Part shown: one piece after another, positions 1 to 9,371 of the stretch
Layout of the letters: the number at the start of each line of letters is the position of its first letter
Position numbering within the stretch: position 1 is the first letter of the stretch
Assembly (NCBI GenBank): GCA_038063515.1
Contig: JBBTUY010000006.1
Location: 26,505 to 90,504, forward strand
DNA: 64,000 nucleotides
DNA from: Patescibacteria group bacterium
GTDB lineage: Bacteria > Patescibacteriota > Minisyncoccia > Phycocordibacterales > UBA9973
Reading direction: 5' to 3'
Made by a program: the position numbers and the translations under genes
Notes under the pieces: generated by a model
Told to the model about the DNA's origin: nothing
The model's database searches: none
The model's input: only the letters and a program-made list of their open reading frames with translations

Positions 1-1806
1 CCAGATCCTGATACTCCAGTGATAGATGTCATAACACCAAGCGGAACTTCAACATTTAAATTATCAATGTTAAAAACTTTCCCCCCTGCTATGCGTATCA
101 CGCCCTTACTCTCACGTCTCTTTTCTGGAAGCTCTATTTTTGTTTCTCCGCGGAGGTATGAGAGCGTTCTTGAATTACTTATATTCTTCTTAGCAGTTAA
201 CAATTCATCTAAATCACCTGATACAATAACCTGCCCACCATGGACTCCGGCCTTTGGCCCTATGTCTACTATGTAGTCTGAAGCATAAATAGTATCTTCA
301 TCGTGCTCTACCACCAAAATAGTATTCCCTAAATCACGTAAATTAAGAAGGGTTTTTATGAGCCTGTCATTATCCCTCTGGTGAAGTCCTATAGTAGGCT
401 CGTCTAAGACGTACAGAGCCCCTACAAGCCTAGATCCGAGCTGGGAAGCTAGACGTATGCGTTGTGCCTCGCCACCAGATAGCGTATTGGCTTTACGAGA
501 AAGCTGTAAATAATCGAGTCCTACATCGAGCATAAACTGTAGCCGTGCTTCTATCTCCTTTACCACTGGCACAGATATTTCCTTTTCTTGATCTGAGAGT
601 TTTAAATTTTTAAAAAAATCATGTGCGTCTTTTATAGAAAGAGATGCTAGGTCTAAAATATTTACTCTTTTATTTTTTTCCCCTAATTTACTTAAAAGAA
701 ATACATTTAAGGCTTCAGGTCGAAGTCTTGCTCCGTTACATGCATCACATGGCTCATCCCCCATGAAATATTTAGAGCCGAGACCATTACATACAGGGCA
801 TGCACCATAAGGTGAATTAAAAGAAAAAAGACGTGGCTCTATTTCAGGAAAAGAAAAGCCGTCATTTTTACAAGCAAACTTTGCTGACATTATGATTTCC
901 CCAGCAGAAGAATTCTTTTTTTCAGGTCCTCGGTTCTCTGGGTCCCCTACCCCAGCCAGACCATGCAAAAAAGTATTCTTCTGCTGATTTTTTCCAAAAG
1001 TAATAATTACAAGTCCATCAGACTCTATGAGGGCTCGCTCCAATGCTTCTGATAAACGCATACGAGCACCATCTTTGTCTCCCTTAAACTCATGCATTAA
1101 AAAACGATCAACCAAAACATCTATATTGTGGGCTTTATTTTTTGATAGAGTTATCTGCTCTCGCAATTTCTTCATAACTCCATCAAGCCTAATCTCAGAA
1201 AAACCTTTACCGAGCAAATCATAAAGTAACTGATAGTACTCACCCTTTCTACCTCGTACTATTGGAGAAAAAATACTGATCTCAGTTTCATCCCATTCAA
1301 CTCCCATTACTGATTTTTTATTTTTTTTACTCTTATTCTCTTTACTTAAAGTATTTATCTTGTCTAAAATAAAATTTAGAATTTCTTCATTCGAAAGTTT
1401 CTTAATTTCTTCTCCACACTGCGGACAATGCGGATGACCAATGCGAGCATACATGACACGCAGATAGTCGTATATCTCGGTGATGGTCGCCACTGTAGAG
1501 CGAGGATTATTTGACCGTGATTTCTGGTCTATAGATATAGCAGGAGAAAGACCTGTGATCTCATCCACGTCTGGCTTTGGCATTTGGTTTAAGAACTGCC
1601 TTGCATAAGAAGACAAAGACTCCACATACCTTCTCTGCCCTTCGGCAAATATTGTGTCGAATGCAAGTGAGGATTTACCTGACCCAGAGACACCTGTAAT
1701 AACCACCATTTTATTCCTTGGCATTTCTAAGCTAATATTTTTGAGGTTATGAGTTCGTGCCCCTTTAACCACTATTTTATCTATATTTTTGTCAGTTTTA
1801 CTCATA
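1..1806 (-). CDS. uvrA: Excinuclease ABC subunit A (UvrA), N-terminal ~600 codons; gene continues past the window start
   Basis: Reverse translation from 1806 gives MSKTDKNIDKIVVKGARTHNLKNISLEMPRNKMVVITGVSGSGKSSLAFDTIFAEGQRRYVESLS..., the canonical UvrA N-terminus with its first Walker A motif. Absent from the ORF track because it has no in-window stop. Confidence 0.85.
902..986 (+). repeat. GC-rich palindromic mini-element (copy K1), in-frame inside uvrA
   Basis: The core caggtcctcggttctctgggtcccctaccccagccagaccatg is flanked by the inverted arms cagcagaagaattcttttttt / aaaaaagtattcttctgctg. It adds roughly 28 codons (..LHGLAGVGDPENRGPEKK..) with no stop. Near-identical cores occur at 8201-8239 and 36520-36561. 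Confidence 0.8.
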
Positions 1807-1935
1807 AAAATAACCTGGAACGTAAGCACACCCCACTTTATTTATAGGGGGTGTATAAGAGTATTATAGCACAAAAAAGCTAGAAAGTCTTATATATTTT
1901 GAATCATTATTTAAGATTTTGTAGACGTCGAACGT

Positions 1936-4047
1936 CTACAAAGTTTTTAAACGTTCTTTTAACACTCCTATCTCATCTCTAAGTATTGCTGCAGTTTCGA
2001 AGTCGAGCTCTTTAACTGCTTTATTCATTTCCTTCTCTTTTATTTTAATTATTTTCTCATACACTAAATCATTCCTCTCACTGTCAGACATGTGCAACTT
2101 TACTTCTGTTACTCCCTTTTTCTTTGAAATTTTCATTTCATCCTTCTTTAATTCAGCAGCATATGCTTTTTTGAAAACCTCTAAATCTATAGCGAGCTCT
2201 GCATTCACAGCCTTACCGTGTTCACTTTCCAACTCTTCTGTTATATCTTTTATCTTTTTAAGTATTGTCTTTGGTGTAATGCCGTGCTTTTTATTATATG
2301 CGAGTTGAATGTCTCGGCGACGCTTTGTCTCACCCAGTGCCCGCTCCATAGAGCCAGTGAGGTTGTCAGCGTAAAGAATAACTTTTCCCTCTGAATTTCT
2401 GGCAGCACGACCTATAGTCTGAATGAGGGAGGTTTCAGAACGCAAGAAGCCTTCTTTGTCTGCATCGAGTATCCCAATCAAGGCAACTTCGGGTAAGTCG
2501 AGACCTTCGCGAAGCAAGTTCACCCCTACTAAGACATCGAAGTCCCCTTTTCTAAACTGAGTAAGGATCTTGATTCTATCCATCGTCTTTATATCACTAT
2601 GTAAGTATTCTGCTTTTATCTTTTTGTCTTTCAAATACACAGATAAATCTTCGGCCATCTTTTTAGTAAGCGTAGTAGCAAGAACTCTGAAACCCTTGCC
2701 GATAGTTTTTTCTGCCTCAGTTATAAAATCAAAAATCTGCCCCTTATAGCTAGCTTTTTCTCCTATTGGTCTTATGATTGTCTCTGGGTCTACAAGACCA
2801 GTAGGACGAATTATCTGCTCTACTATCTGCTCGCTTTCTGTACGCTCAAGCTCACTTGGTGTCGCACTTGTATAGATCACAGATTGGATGCGTTTTTTAA
2901 ATTCATCATATTTGAGAGGTCTGTTATCCTTTGCGGATGGTAAACGAAAACCATAATCCACCAGTGTCTTCTTACGAGACGCATCCCCAGCATACATACC
3001 CTGAAGTTGATGTAGTGTCACGTGTGACTCATCTATGATAGTAAGGAATCCAGTTTTAGGAAAATATGAGAGAAGTGTCTCTGGGGGCTCCCCTTCTGCC
3101 TTACCTGAGAGATGCCTAGAATAATTTTCTATGCCGTTACAGTACCCGACTTCTTTTATCATAGCCAAATCATAATTTGTTCTTCTTTTTATTCTTTCAG
3201 CTTCTAAAAGCTTGCCCTCTTTTTTGAATTTTTTTAATTGATTTTCAAGCTCACTTTTTATGACAACAAGTGCTTTTTTCTTTTTACTATCTTCGGTGAT
3301 GAAATGCTTTGCGGGAAAGATAAATATATTTTCTTCTTCACTTATAATACGTGAAGTTACCGGATCAATCTTTATTATTTTAGAAATTTTTCCTCCGAGC
3401 ATTTCGACTTGGTACATAATCTTTTCAGATACAGGCATGAATTCTACCTTAGACCCAATAGATCTAAAACTTCCAGGATTAAGGTCAGCATTTGTACGTT
3501 CAAAATGAATATTTATGAGATATTTCATGAGTGTGAGTCTGTCCATCTTCATACCAAGAGTGAGCTTTAAGTTAACCTTTTCATATTCTTCAGGACTTCC
3601 TAAACCATATATACAAGACACAGAAGCAACAATTATGACGTCAGAACGAGTGAGAAGTGCTTGAGTGCTCGCATGACGAAGCTGGTCTATTTCTTTGTTT
3701 ATAGAAGCATCCTTTTCTATATAAGTGTCGGATACAGGCATGTAGGCTTCGGGCTGATAATAATCATAGTAAGATACGAAGTAGTGCACAGCTGCATCAG
3801 GAAAAAACTGTCGAAACTCCTGAGCGAGCTGGGCAGCGAGAGTTTTATTGTGAGCTATGACGAGTGTCGGCATATTATGCTTTGCAATAACATTTGCCAT
3901 AGTAAAAGTCTTACCTGTACCCGTAGCACCGAGAAGCGTCTGTTTCTTCATCCCCTTCTCTAAACCACTAAGAAGCTTTGAAATAGCAACGGGCTGATCT
4001 CCCGCTGGCTGAAAGGGGTTATGTAAGTTAAAAATATTTTTTGACAT
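1936..4047 (-). CDS. uvrB: Excinuclease ABC subunit B (UvrB)
   Basis: 703 aa. The N-terminus QPAGDQPVAISKL..GATGTGKTFTMANVI gives the UvrB helicase motifs, and the C-terminal UVR domain is AAILRDEIGVLKERL. Confidence 0.95.
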   Translation of the reverse strand: MSKNIFNLHNPFQPAGDQPVAISKLLSGLEKGMKKQTLLGATGTGKTFTMANVIAKHNMPTLVIAHNKTLAAQLAQEFRQFFPDAAVHYFVSYYDYYQPEAYMPVSDTYIEKDASINKEIDQLRHASTQALLTRSDVIIVASVSCIYGLGSPEEYEKVNLKLTLGMKMDRLTLMKYLINIHFERTNADLNPGSFRSIGSKVEFMPVSEKIMYQVEMLGGKISKIIKIDPVTSRIISEEENIFIFPAKHFITEDSKKKKALVVIKSELENQLKKFKKEGKLLEAERIKRRTNYDLAMIKEVGYCNGIENYSRHLSGKAEGEPPETLLSYFPKTGFLTIIDESHVTLHQLQGMYAGDASRKKTLVDYGFRLPSAKDNRPLKYDEFKKRIQSVIYTSATPSELERTESEQIVEQIIRPTGLVDPETIIRPIGEKASYKGQIFDFITEAEKTIGKGFRVLATTLTKKMAEDLSVYLKDKKIKAEYLHSDIKTMDRIKILTQFRKGDFDVLVGVNLLREGLDLPEVALIGILDADKEGFLRSETSLIQTIGRAARNSEGKVILYADNLTGSMERALGETKRRRDIQLAYNKKHGITPKTILKKIKDITEELESEHGKAVNAELAIDLEVFKKAYAAELKKDEMKISKKKGVTEVKLHMSDSERNDLVYEKIIKIKEKEMNKAVKELDFETAAILRDEIGVLKERLKTL

Positions 4048-4449
4048 ATATATTACAAGAGACCTTCTGAAGTTAAATAACCATACCCATCATATACATT
4101 GTCGTATGCTTTTACAATTATCTTGTAGCTAAGAAATGAACCTACAAGAGTAATAATGAAAAAATATAAAAATGCTCTATTAAGCTTGTACATATGTATA
4201 AAGTTTATACAATAAACTCCTTTTTATCAAGACTGTGTTTTGTGGTTAGAAATTATGATGCAGTATTGAAGAAATAATGCCGATTGGCACACTACATCAA
4301 GAAAATGGTCAGATTCTGGAAATTACTCCTCAATCTGAACTTTTATCAGGAAAAGAAGTTACTACAAATATTAAGTTATTTCCAAAAAAAGAACGTCATT
4401 CTGAACAACAAGCTCAAGTAAAAAGAAGCTTTAATGCTGACTAAAAAAA

Positions 4450-4488
4450 GATACTACGAAATAAATTGTGGGATTATTTCGTAGTATC
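4450..4488 (-). terminator. Intrinsic terminator for the NUDIX gene (hairpin plus T-tract on the minus strand)
   Basis: 14-bp stem gatactacgaaata...tatttcgtagtatc, preceded on the plus strand by aaaaaaa, which is a U-tract after the hairpin on the minus strand. It overlaps the stop of the 4474..4995 CDS. Confidence 0.6.
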
Positions 4489-4995
4489 CACATAAAATTT
4501 TAAAGCCTGATATTGATGTGGAAAAATCTTCTCTGGTTGTTTTTTTAACAACTTTTTAAGTTCATCGATGCTAGCCCACATGGGATCTTTGGTTTCATCT
4601 TTTTGCATCTTTGGTTCTCCTTCAACTTCACAAATAAAAACAAAACCAAACCATAACTTTCCATCATTTTCATTAAGAACCTGCTGACACATAAATGGCT
4701 GGAAAACCATTGTTTTTTCAAACTCGTCCACCCTAAAAAATCTTTCTCGAAAAAAGTTTCGGAATGCTACTACTTTTAATCCACATTCTTCCTTTACTTC
4801 ACGTGAAACTGCGTCAAATACATTTTCATAACTATCAATACGTCCTCCGGGAATTTCTAGTAAACCTGAATATTTACGAGTAATTTTTGGCTTCCAGCGT
4901 GTTTGTAAAAACACTTTTTTAACATCGCCGTCCATTCTTTCCAATATAGCAGACACAAAAATAATTGATTCGTCTCTTTGTATTTTTTTAGGCAT
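4474..4995 (-). CDS. NUDIX family hydrolase
   Basis: 173 aa carrying the Nudix box GGRIDSYENVFDAVSREVKEECGLKV (GX5EX7REUXEEXGU pattern). Confidence 0.8.
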   Translation of the reverse strand: MPKKIQRDESIIFVSAILERMDGDVKKVFLQTRWKPKITRKYSGLLEIPGGRIDSYENVFDAVSREVKEECGLKVVAFRNFFRERFFRVDEFEKTMVFQPFMCQQVLNENDGKLWFGFVFICEVEGEPKMQKDETKDPMWASIDELKKLLKKQPEKIFPHQYQALKFYVDTTK

Positions 4996-5005
4996 ATAAA
5001 AAAAT

Positions 5006-5263
5006 TTATTTAATAATTTGTAAGACCCTGGCAGCTACACGTTCTGGTGAGATATCTGAAGCCCCTCTTTTATTTTCAGTTTCTCCATAATAAAATGAAT
5101 CTTCACTGTCTTTGAAACTTAAATCTACTAGAGCATCATTACGAATCATTTCTCTTCCGTAAGGATGAGTTACACGGAAAGTATTAGGACCAGACCAAAA
5201 TACAGAATTACTTAAACTAAACATAACATTAGGTGTTCCACACATACTTGAATAATGTCCCAA
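5006..5263 (-). CDS. Hypothetical small protein (85 aa)
   Basis: ORF sits 11 bp upstream of the NUDIX gene on the same strand. No recognisable motif. Confidence 0.3.
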   Translation of the reverse strand: MGHYSSMCGTPNVMFSLSNSVFWSGPNTFRVTHPYGREMIRNDALVDLSFKDSEDSFYYGETENKRGASDISPERVAARVLQIIK

Positions 5264-5436
5264 ACCTGTGTCTGGGGTTACGCTAAACGCAGTGTTTGTT
5301 CATTGTTTTCAAGCACTTTTCCAAAAATTATTCTTGATTCTAATATATTTACAATACTATATCATAGTTGTGTTAAGATATAAATTACATTTATTCTCAC
5401 CTTTAAATCTACTGAAAATAGGGGTTTGTCTCTTTG

Positions 5437-5509
5437 TGCGCCCGGTTGGGATCGAACCAACGACCTTATCCTTAAAAGGGATCTGCTCTACCGACTGAGC
5501 TACGGGCGC
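5437..5509 (-). tRNA. tRNA-Lys (anticodon TTT)
   Basis: Reverse complement is gcgcccgtagctcagtcggtagagcagatcccttttaaggataaggtcgttggttcgatcccaaccgggcgc. It has a cloverleaf with D-arm GCTC..GAGC, anticodon loop CTTTTAA and T-arm GGTTCGATCC. Confidence 0.85.
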
Positions 5510-5565
5510 ATTTATATATTTATATTTCTAATGAACATTTGGCTAGTAGTCAGTTGAATCCGCTA

Positions 5566-5583
5566 CGACTGAGCTACGGGCGC
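5566..5583 (-). repeat. Direct repeat of the tRNA-Lys 5' end (acceptor plus D-arm fragment)
   Basis: cgactgagctacgggcgc at 5566-5583 repeats 5492-5509 of the intact tRNA, 74 bp away. The fragment has no anticodon or T-arm. Confidence 0.5.
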
Positions 5584-5606
5584 GTAAAACTTATATTACC
5601 ATACTT

Positions 5607-6254
5607 TTAAAAAACTTCCAGTAAAAACTTCTCGAATACTATCTCGGCATCCTGTCCGTTTTTACGTGCTTCAGGCAGTAAGTAGCTTAGTTTTCGAGCT
5701 GAATCTTTAAGATTTTCTTCACCAAATTTAGAGAAATTCCTTTTGAATATCATATCTTTCATCTTCCAAAAAAGAACTCCAACAAGCTCTTCGAGCCCTA
5801 CACCCCTATCCACTGCCTGTCTATAATAAATCCAAAGATTTAATTTATTTCTATCTCCAAATGCATCTGCAAGCAAGAAATTGTTAAATTTTTCTTTTTT
5901 CTCTTTTGGTAATTCACTTAAAATAATCTCAGCACCCGCCTTTTCAAACTTACTAAGAATAGGCTTGAGTAATTTACTCTCTAAAAAAACAAAAGAATTC
6001 ATGGAGATCTTCATGAGGTCTAACCTTTCTAAGACAAAGTCTTCTAACTCTTTCCTCTCAAAAATGCCGGAGAAAATAACTACACACTTTTTAAAAAAGA
6101 GACCAGAACCAGAGTAAAAGCTCTCAAGCTCCAAGGGATTAAAATTATTCCTATTAATAGAAAAAACAGGGACATCACCTGGTATAGATTTTACAAATCT
6201 ATCATAGGCATCATGTTTCTTTTTAAAATCATCCCCGGCAAAAAGATATATCAT
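5607..6254 (-). CDS. holA: DNA polymerase III delta subunit-like protein (short, 215 aa)
   Basis: N-terminal MIYLFAGDDFKKK..VPVFSINRNNFNP..GLFFKKCVVIF resembles the HolA N-terminal domain. Its position between a tRNA and polA is typical. The protein is short relative to canonical delta. Confidence 0.5.
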   Translation of the reverse strand: MIYLFAGDDFKKKHDAYDRFVKSIPGDVPVFSINRNNFNPLELESFYSGSGLFFKKCVVIFSGIFERKELEDFVLERLDLMKISMNSFVFLESKLLKPILSKFEKAGAEIILSELPKEKKEKFNNFLLADAFGDRNKLNLWIYYRQAVDRGVGLEELVGVLFWKMKDMIFKRNFSKFGEENLKDSARKLSYLLPEARKNGQDAEIVFEKFLLEVF

Positions 6255-6256
6255 AA

Positions 6257-6748
6257 CTAAAACTTAACTAATTTCTTGTATGCTTTATAGTGATCGCCGT
6301 ATTTTTCTTCTAAAATTTTCTCGTGTTTATCCAAGAAAACAAAATGAGTTAAAAGAAAAGAAAAGATAGTAAGTAAAACCACAAAAAAAGCATTAGTCAT
6401 AAAACCGAAACCTAAAATAAGTAGGAAAAGCCCCCAGTGCGTAGGACTTCTCGTATACACATACGGACCACGGTAAAATATTTCTTTAGTAATTTCTTTT
6501 TCGATATTATTTATATTTTTACCGAAGATGCTGTGTGAAGTCTTCTGTGCCCAGAAGATTAAAAATGTACCGAAAATAATAAGGAAAACTCCGACAGGGG
6601 TCATTAGATGATTAGGGAAAATCTCGAAATCAAAAAAGGTGTCGAGTATCACTCCAATTATAAATAAAAACAAGTACACAGCATAAGAATGCACGAGTAC
6701 TTTATGTAATTTATTACTATGAAAATGTAAGCTATTTTCATCTTTCAT
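6257..6748 (-). CDS. Membrane methyltransferase, isoprenylcysteine carboxyl methyltransferase (ICMT)/phospholipid methyltransferase family
   Basis: 163 aa with 4-5 predicted TM helices. The C-terminal YRGPYVYTRSPTHWGLFLLILG resembles the ICMT motif. Confidence 0.5.
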   Translation of the reverse strand: MKDENSLHFHSNKLHKVLVHSYAVYLFLFIIGVILDTFFDFEIFPNHLMTPVGVFLIIFGTFLIFWAQKTSHSIFGKNINNIEKEITKEIFYRGPYVYTRSPTHWGLFLLILGFGFMTNAFFVVLLTIFSFLLTHFVFLDKHEKILEEKYGDHYKAYKKLVKF

Positions 6749-6771
6749 AAGTATATTATAGCATAAATAGC

Positions 6772-9189
6772 CTATTTTACCTCACCGAAATTGTTACCTG
6801 AGCCGTAGTGCACTTCGAGTGGAATATCCGTCTTGTATTTGAGATATGATCTCTGTAAAACTCCCTCCATCGCATCTTTTATTATTTTACTCGATTTTTC
6901 AAGAACACTCTCTTCTATCTCATATACCAGCTCGTCATGAATCTGAAGTACAAGATGAACTTTGTCGAGAAGTCCTGCCTTTTTTAAGTCTTCATGAGTA
7001 TATCTAATAGCGAGCTTTATGATGTCAGCTGCTGTCCCCTGCACTGGAGCATTTATAGCTGTACGTTCTGCCATATTTTTCAAAAAAGGTATGCGGGAAT
7101 TTATATTTGGGAAATATCTTTTTCTTCCAAATAAAGTCTCGGTATATGTATTTTTTGTCGCCATAGCTTTTACATTTTCCAAATAGTCCCGTATCCCAGA
7201 AAACTGGTGAAAATAATTATCGTAAAATTTCTGCGCTTCTTCGCGTGTGCCACCAAGATTTTTCTTAAGCGCTGAGACTCCCATCCCGTACAAAATACCA
7301 AAGTTTATCACCTTTGCTTTTCGGCGCATCTCACTATCAACCTTATCTACAGGTACGCCAAATACAAAAGATGCCACTCCTGAGTGCACGTCCTTTCTAT
7401 CATAAAAAACTTGCGTCATTTTCTTATCTCCTGAGAGCATGGCTGCAACACGGAGCTCCACCTGAGAGTAATCAAAAGCTGAGAGCTTATAACCTTTTGG
7501 AGCTATGAAGCCATTACGAATACGCCTACCAAGCTCACTCTTAATAGGTAAGTTTTGTAAATTAGGATCAATAGAAGAAAATCTGCCAGTCGTCGTCGCA
7601 TTTTGTAAAAACTTAGAATGAAGCCTATTATCCTCTCCCGCCATTTGAGGGATGACGTCTATGTACGTAGAGAGAAGTTTTTGTAATTCTCTGTATGAGA
7701 GTATTTCTTTTATTATAGGGTTTGCTTCTTCGAGTTCTTCTAATACAGATACTTTAGTAGAGAAAGATCCACTCGCATTTTTCTTTTTACTTGTTTTAAT
7801 TCCCATCTTATCAAACAGAATTTCTCCTAATTGTTTTGGAGAATTTACGTTAAACTCTGCACCAGCTAATTTATATATCTTCGTACGAAGTTTTTCTAAC
7901 TCTTTATGATACTCTTTACTCAAAGTAGTGAAATAATTTTTATCTATTAAAATACCGTGATTTTCTATCTCTTTTACTATACCTATAATCGGATATTCTA
8001 TCTCTTCATAAACCTTTTCTAAATTCTTCTCTTTTAGTTTCTTGAAAATGTTTTCATAAGCGACATTAAAATCCTCGGTTTTTCCGAAAATAAAAATATC
8101 TTCTAATTTAGGATTACTAATATCTGAATTAACTATCCACAAAGCGATACTTGCTTCTTGAAGTTTTTGGTCAGGAGCCCTCGGAAGAAAGTTTTGGAGC
8201 TGGTCTGGCCGGGGTAGGGGCCCCGGAGAACCGAGGACCCGAGAAAACTTTGCTTCCGAGGGCTCCTGACTGCTGTTGTTAAAAAATATTTTAAGTCGTG
8301 CAAACAAGCTACGAAATTCGTATTGAATAAAAGTCTTTTCAATTTTCTTTAAGTCAGCAGCTTCCCAAAATGTTTTCTCTGGTATGGAGAATTTAATAGG
8401 CGCATCAATGCGTATTGTTGCAAGAGTTTTTGAAAACAAAGCTTCTTCTTCATTGTTCTTAATAAGCTCTACTATCCTTGGACTTAAGCCACTTTTCTTA
8501 AATTCACTTTCATCTTTCTTTATCTTTTTGTAAATTTCTTCGATCGTACCAAAATTTACAATTAAAGTCTCAGCTGTCTTCTCACCAATACCTTTGATAC
8601 CTATAATGTTATCAGACGGATCTCCGCGGAGGCCCTTATAGTCTGGCAAAAGTTTTGGTTTGAATTTAAATCTTTCCAACACTTTATCTTCATCATATAA
8701 AATAGTGTCGTTAATTCCCTTTTTCAAAGTGTAAACCTGCACCTTTTTACCATCTATTAACTGCATGGTATCCATGTCTCCTGAAGCAATTATTATCCTT
8801 ATAGTCTTGTCCTTATGATACAAGTGAACAATGGTTCCCAATATATCATCAGCTTCAAAACCCGGAGCGTCGTAAATAGGTATATTAAAAGCTTCAAAAA
8901 TATTTCGAGAGCTTTTAAGCTGGGAAATTAATGCTTCGTCGGCTTTTGCCCTGCCTGCCTTGTATTCTTTATAAGCTTCATGTCTAAAGGTTTTCTGAGG
9001 TAGGTCATAACAAGCCACTATGTAGTCCGGCTTTAGGTCTGTGATTATCTTCATAATCATCGTAGACAGACCGTAGAGAGCCCCTGTAGGCACGCCATCA
9101 GACGAGAGAAAGTCGGGTAAGGCATGATACGCCCTGTGTATTATCGCGTGTGCATCAAGCAAAACAAGTGTTTTAGTAGTTTTGTTCAT
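6772..9189 (-). CDS. polA: DNA polymerase I (5'-3' exonuclease plus polymerase domains; compact, 805 aa)
   Basis: The N-terminal LVLLDAHAIIHRAYHA..GFEADD gives the FEN-like 5' nuclease domain. The C-terminal motifs RRKAKVINFGILYGMG and QIHDELVYE are the family A motifs B and C. The ORF contains an in-frame 112-bp GC-rich palindromic insertion at 8169-8280. Confidence 0.9.
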   Translation of the reverse strand: MNKTTKTLVLLDAHAIIHRAYHALPDFLSSDGVPTGALYGLSTMIMKIITDLKPDYIVACYDLPQKTFRHEAYKEYKAGRAKADEALISQLKSSRNIFEAFNIPIYDAPGFEADDILGTIVHLYHKDKTIRIIIASGDMDTMQLIDGKKVQVYTLKKGINDTILYDEDKVLERFKFKPKLLPDYKGLRGDPSDNIIGIKGIGEKTAETLIVNFGTIEEIYKKIKKDESEFKKSGLSPRIVELIKNNEEEALFSKTLATIRIDAPIKFSIPEKTFWEAADLKKIEKTFIQYEFRSLFARLKIFFNNSSQEPSEAKFSRVLGSPGPLPRPDQLQNFLPRAPDQKLQEASIALWIVNSDISNPKLEDIFIFGKTEDFNVAYENIFKKLKEKNLEKVYEEIEYPIIGIVKEIENHGILIDKNYFTTLSKEYHKELEKLRTKIYKLAGAEFNVNSPKQLGEILFDKMGIKTSKKKNASGSFSTKVSVLEELEEANPIIKEILSYRELQKLLSTYIDVIPQMAGEDNRLHSKFLQNATTTGRFSSIDPNLQNLPIKSELGRRIRNGFIAPKGYKLSAFDYSQVELRVAAMLSGDKKMTQVFYDRKDVHSGVASFVFGVPVDKVDSEMRRKAKVINFGILYGMGVSALKKNLGGTREEAQKFYDNYFHQFSGIRDYLENVKAMATKNTYTETLFGRKRYFPNINSRIPFLKNMAERTAINAPVQGTAADIIKLAIRYTHEDLKKAGLLDKVHLVLQIHDELVYEIEESVLEKSSKIIKDAMEGVLQRSYLKYKTDIPLEVHYGSGNNFGEVK
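8169..8280 (-). repeat. GC-rich palindromic mini-element (copy K2, inverted orientation), in-frame inside polA
   Basis: The core tggtctggccggggtaggggccccggagaaccgaggacc is the reverse complement of the uvrA and rsmA cores. Flanking inverted arms are ggtcaggagccctcggaag / cttccgagggctcctgac. It encodes ..SSQEPSEAKFSRVLGSPGPLPRPDQLQNFLPRAPDQ.. with no stop. Confidence 0.8.
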
Positions 9190-9231
9190 TATGAAAATAA
9201 TAACACTTAATGATAAATTATAGAAACCTGG

Positions 9232-9328
9232 AAAATATAATTTTTGGAGGGGTCTCGCGGCTGTCGAGCTGAGAGTTTCAGGATTTTTTAAGCTTCAAAA
9301 AATCTGTACCGGAAAAAATTGATATTTT
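9232..9328 (+). repeat. Intergenic structured repeat (family S, copy 1) in the polA/gspE divergent region
   Basis: Matches TTTTTGGAGGGGTCTC-[hairpin]-GAGAGTTTCAGGATTTTTTAAGCTTCAAAAAATCTGTACCGGAAAAAATTGAT, closed by the local inverted repeat aaaatataatttt / aaaattgatatttt. Confidence 0.8.
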
Positions 9329-9371
9329 ACAGGTTTCATAATTTACCAACTTAAGCTATAATTTATCTATT

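Noticed and set aside
2090-4047. Plus-strand ORFs 2090..2308, 3260..3508 and 3661..3963, lying within and antisense to uvrB.
   Set aside because: They lie entirely inside and antisense to the well-supported uvrB CDS. Their composition is low-complexity and typical of antisense frames in AT-rich DNA. There are no start-site signals.
5268-5498. ORF 5268..5498 (+) and ORF 56010..56198 (-).
   Set aside because: Both are translations across tRNA genes (tRNA-Lys and tRNA-Pro respectively). The GIEP-type peptide is the usual shadow of a T-arm.
6772-9189. polA being truncated or a pseudogene because it is only 805 aa.
   Set aside because: The frame is continuous and both the 5' nuclease and polymerase motifs are intact. 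The shorter length reflects a reduced or absent 3'-5' exonuclease-like middle region, which is common in compact genomes.
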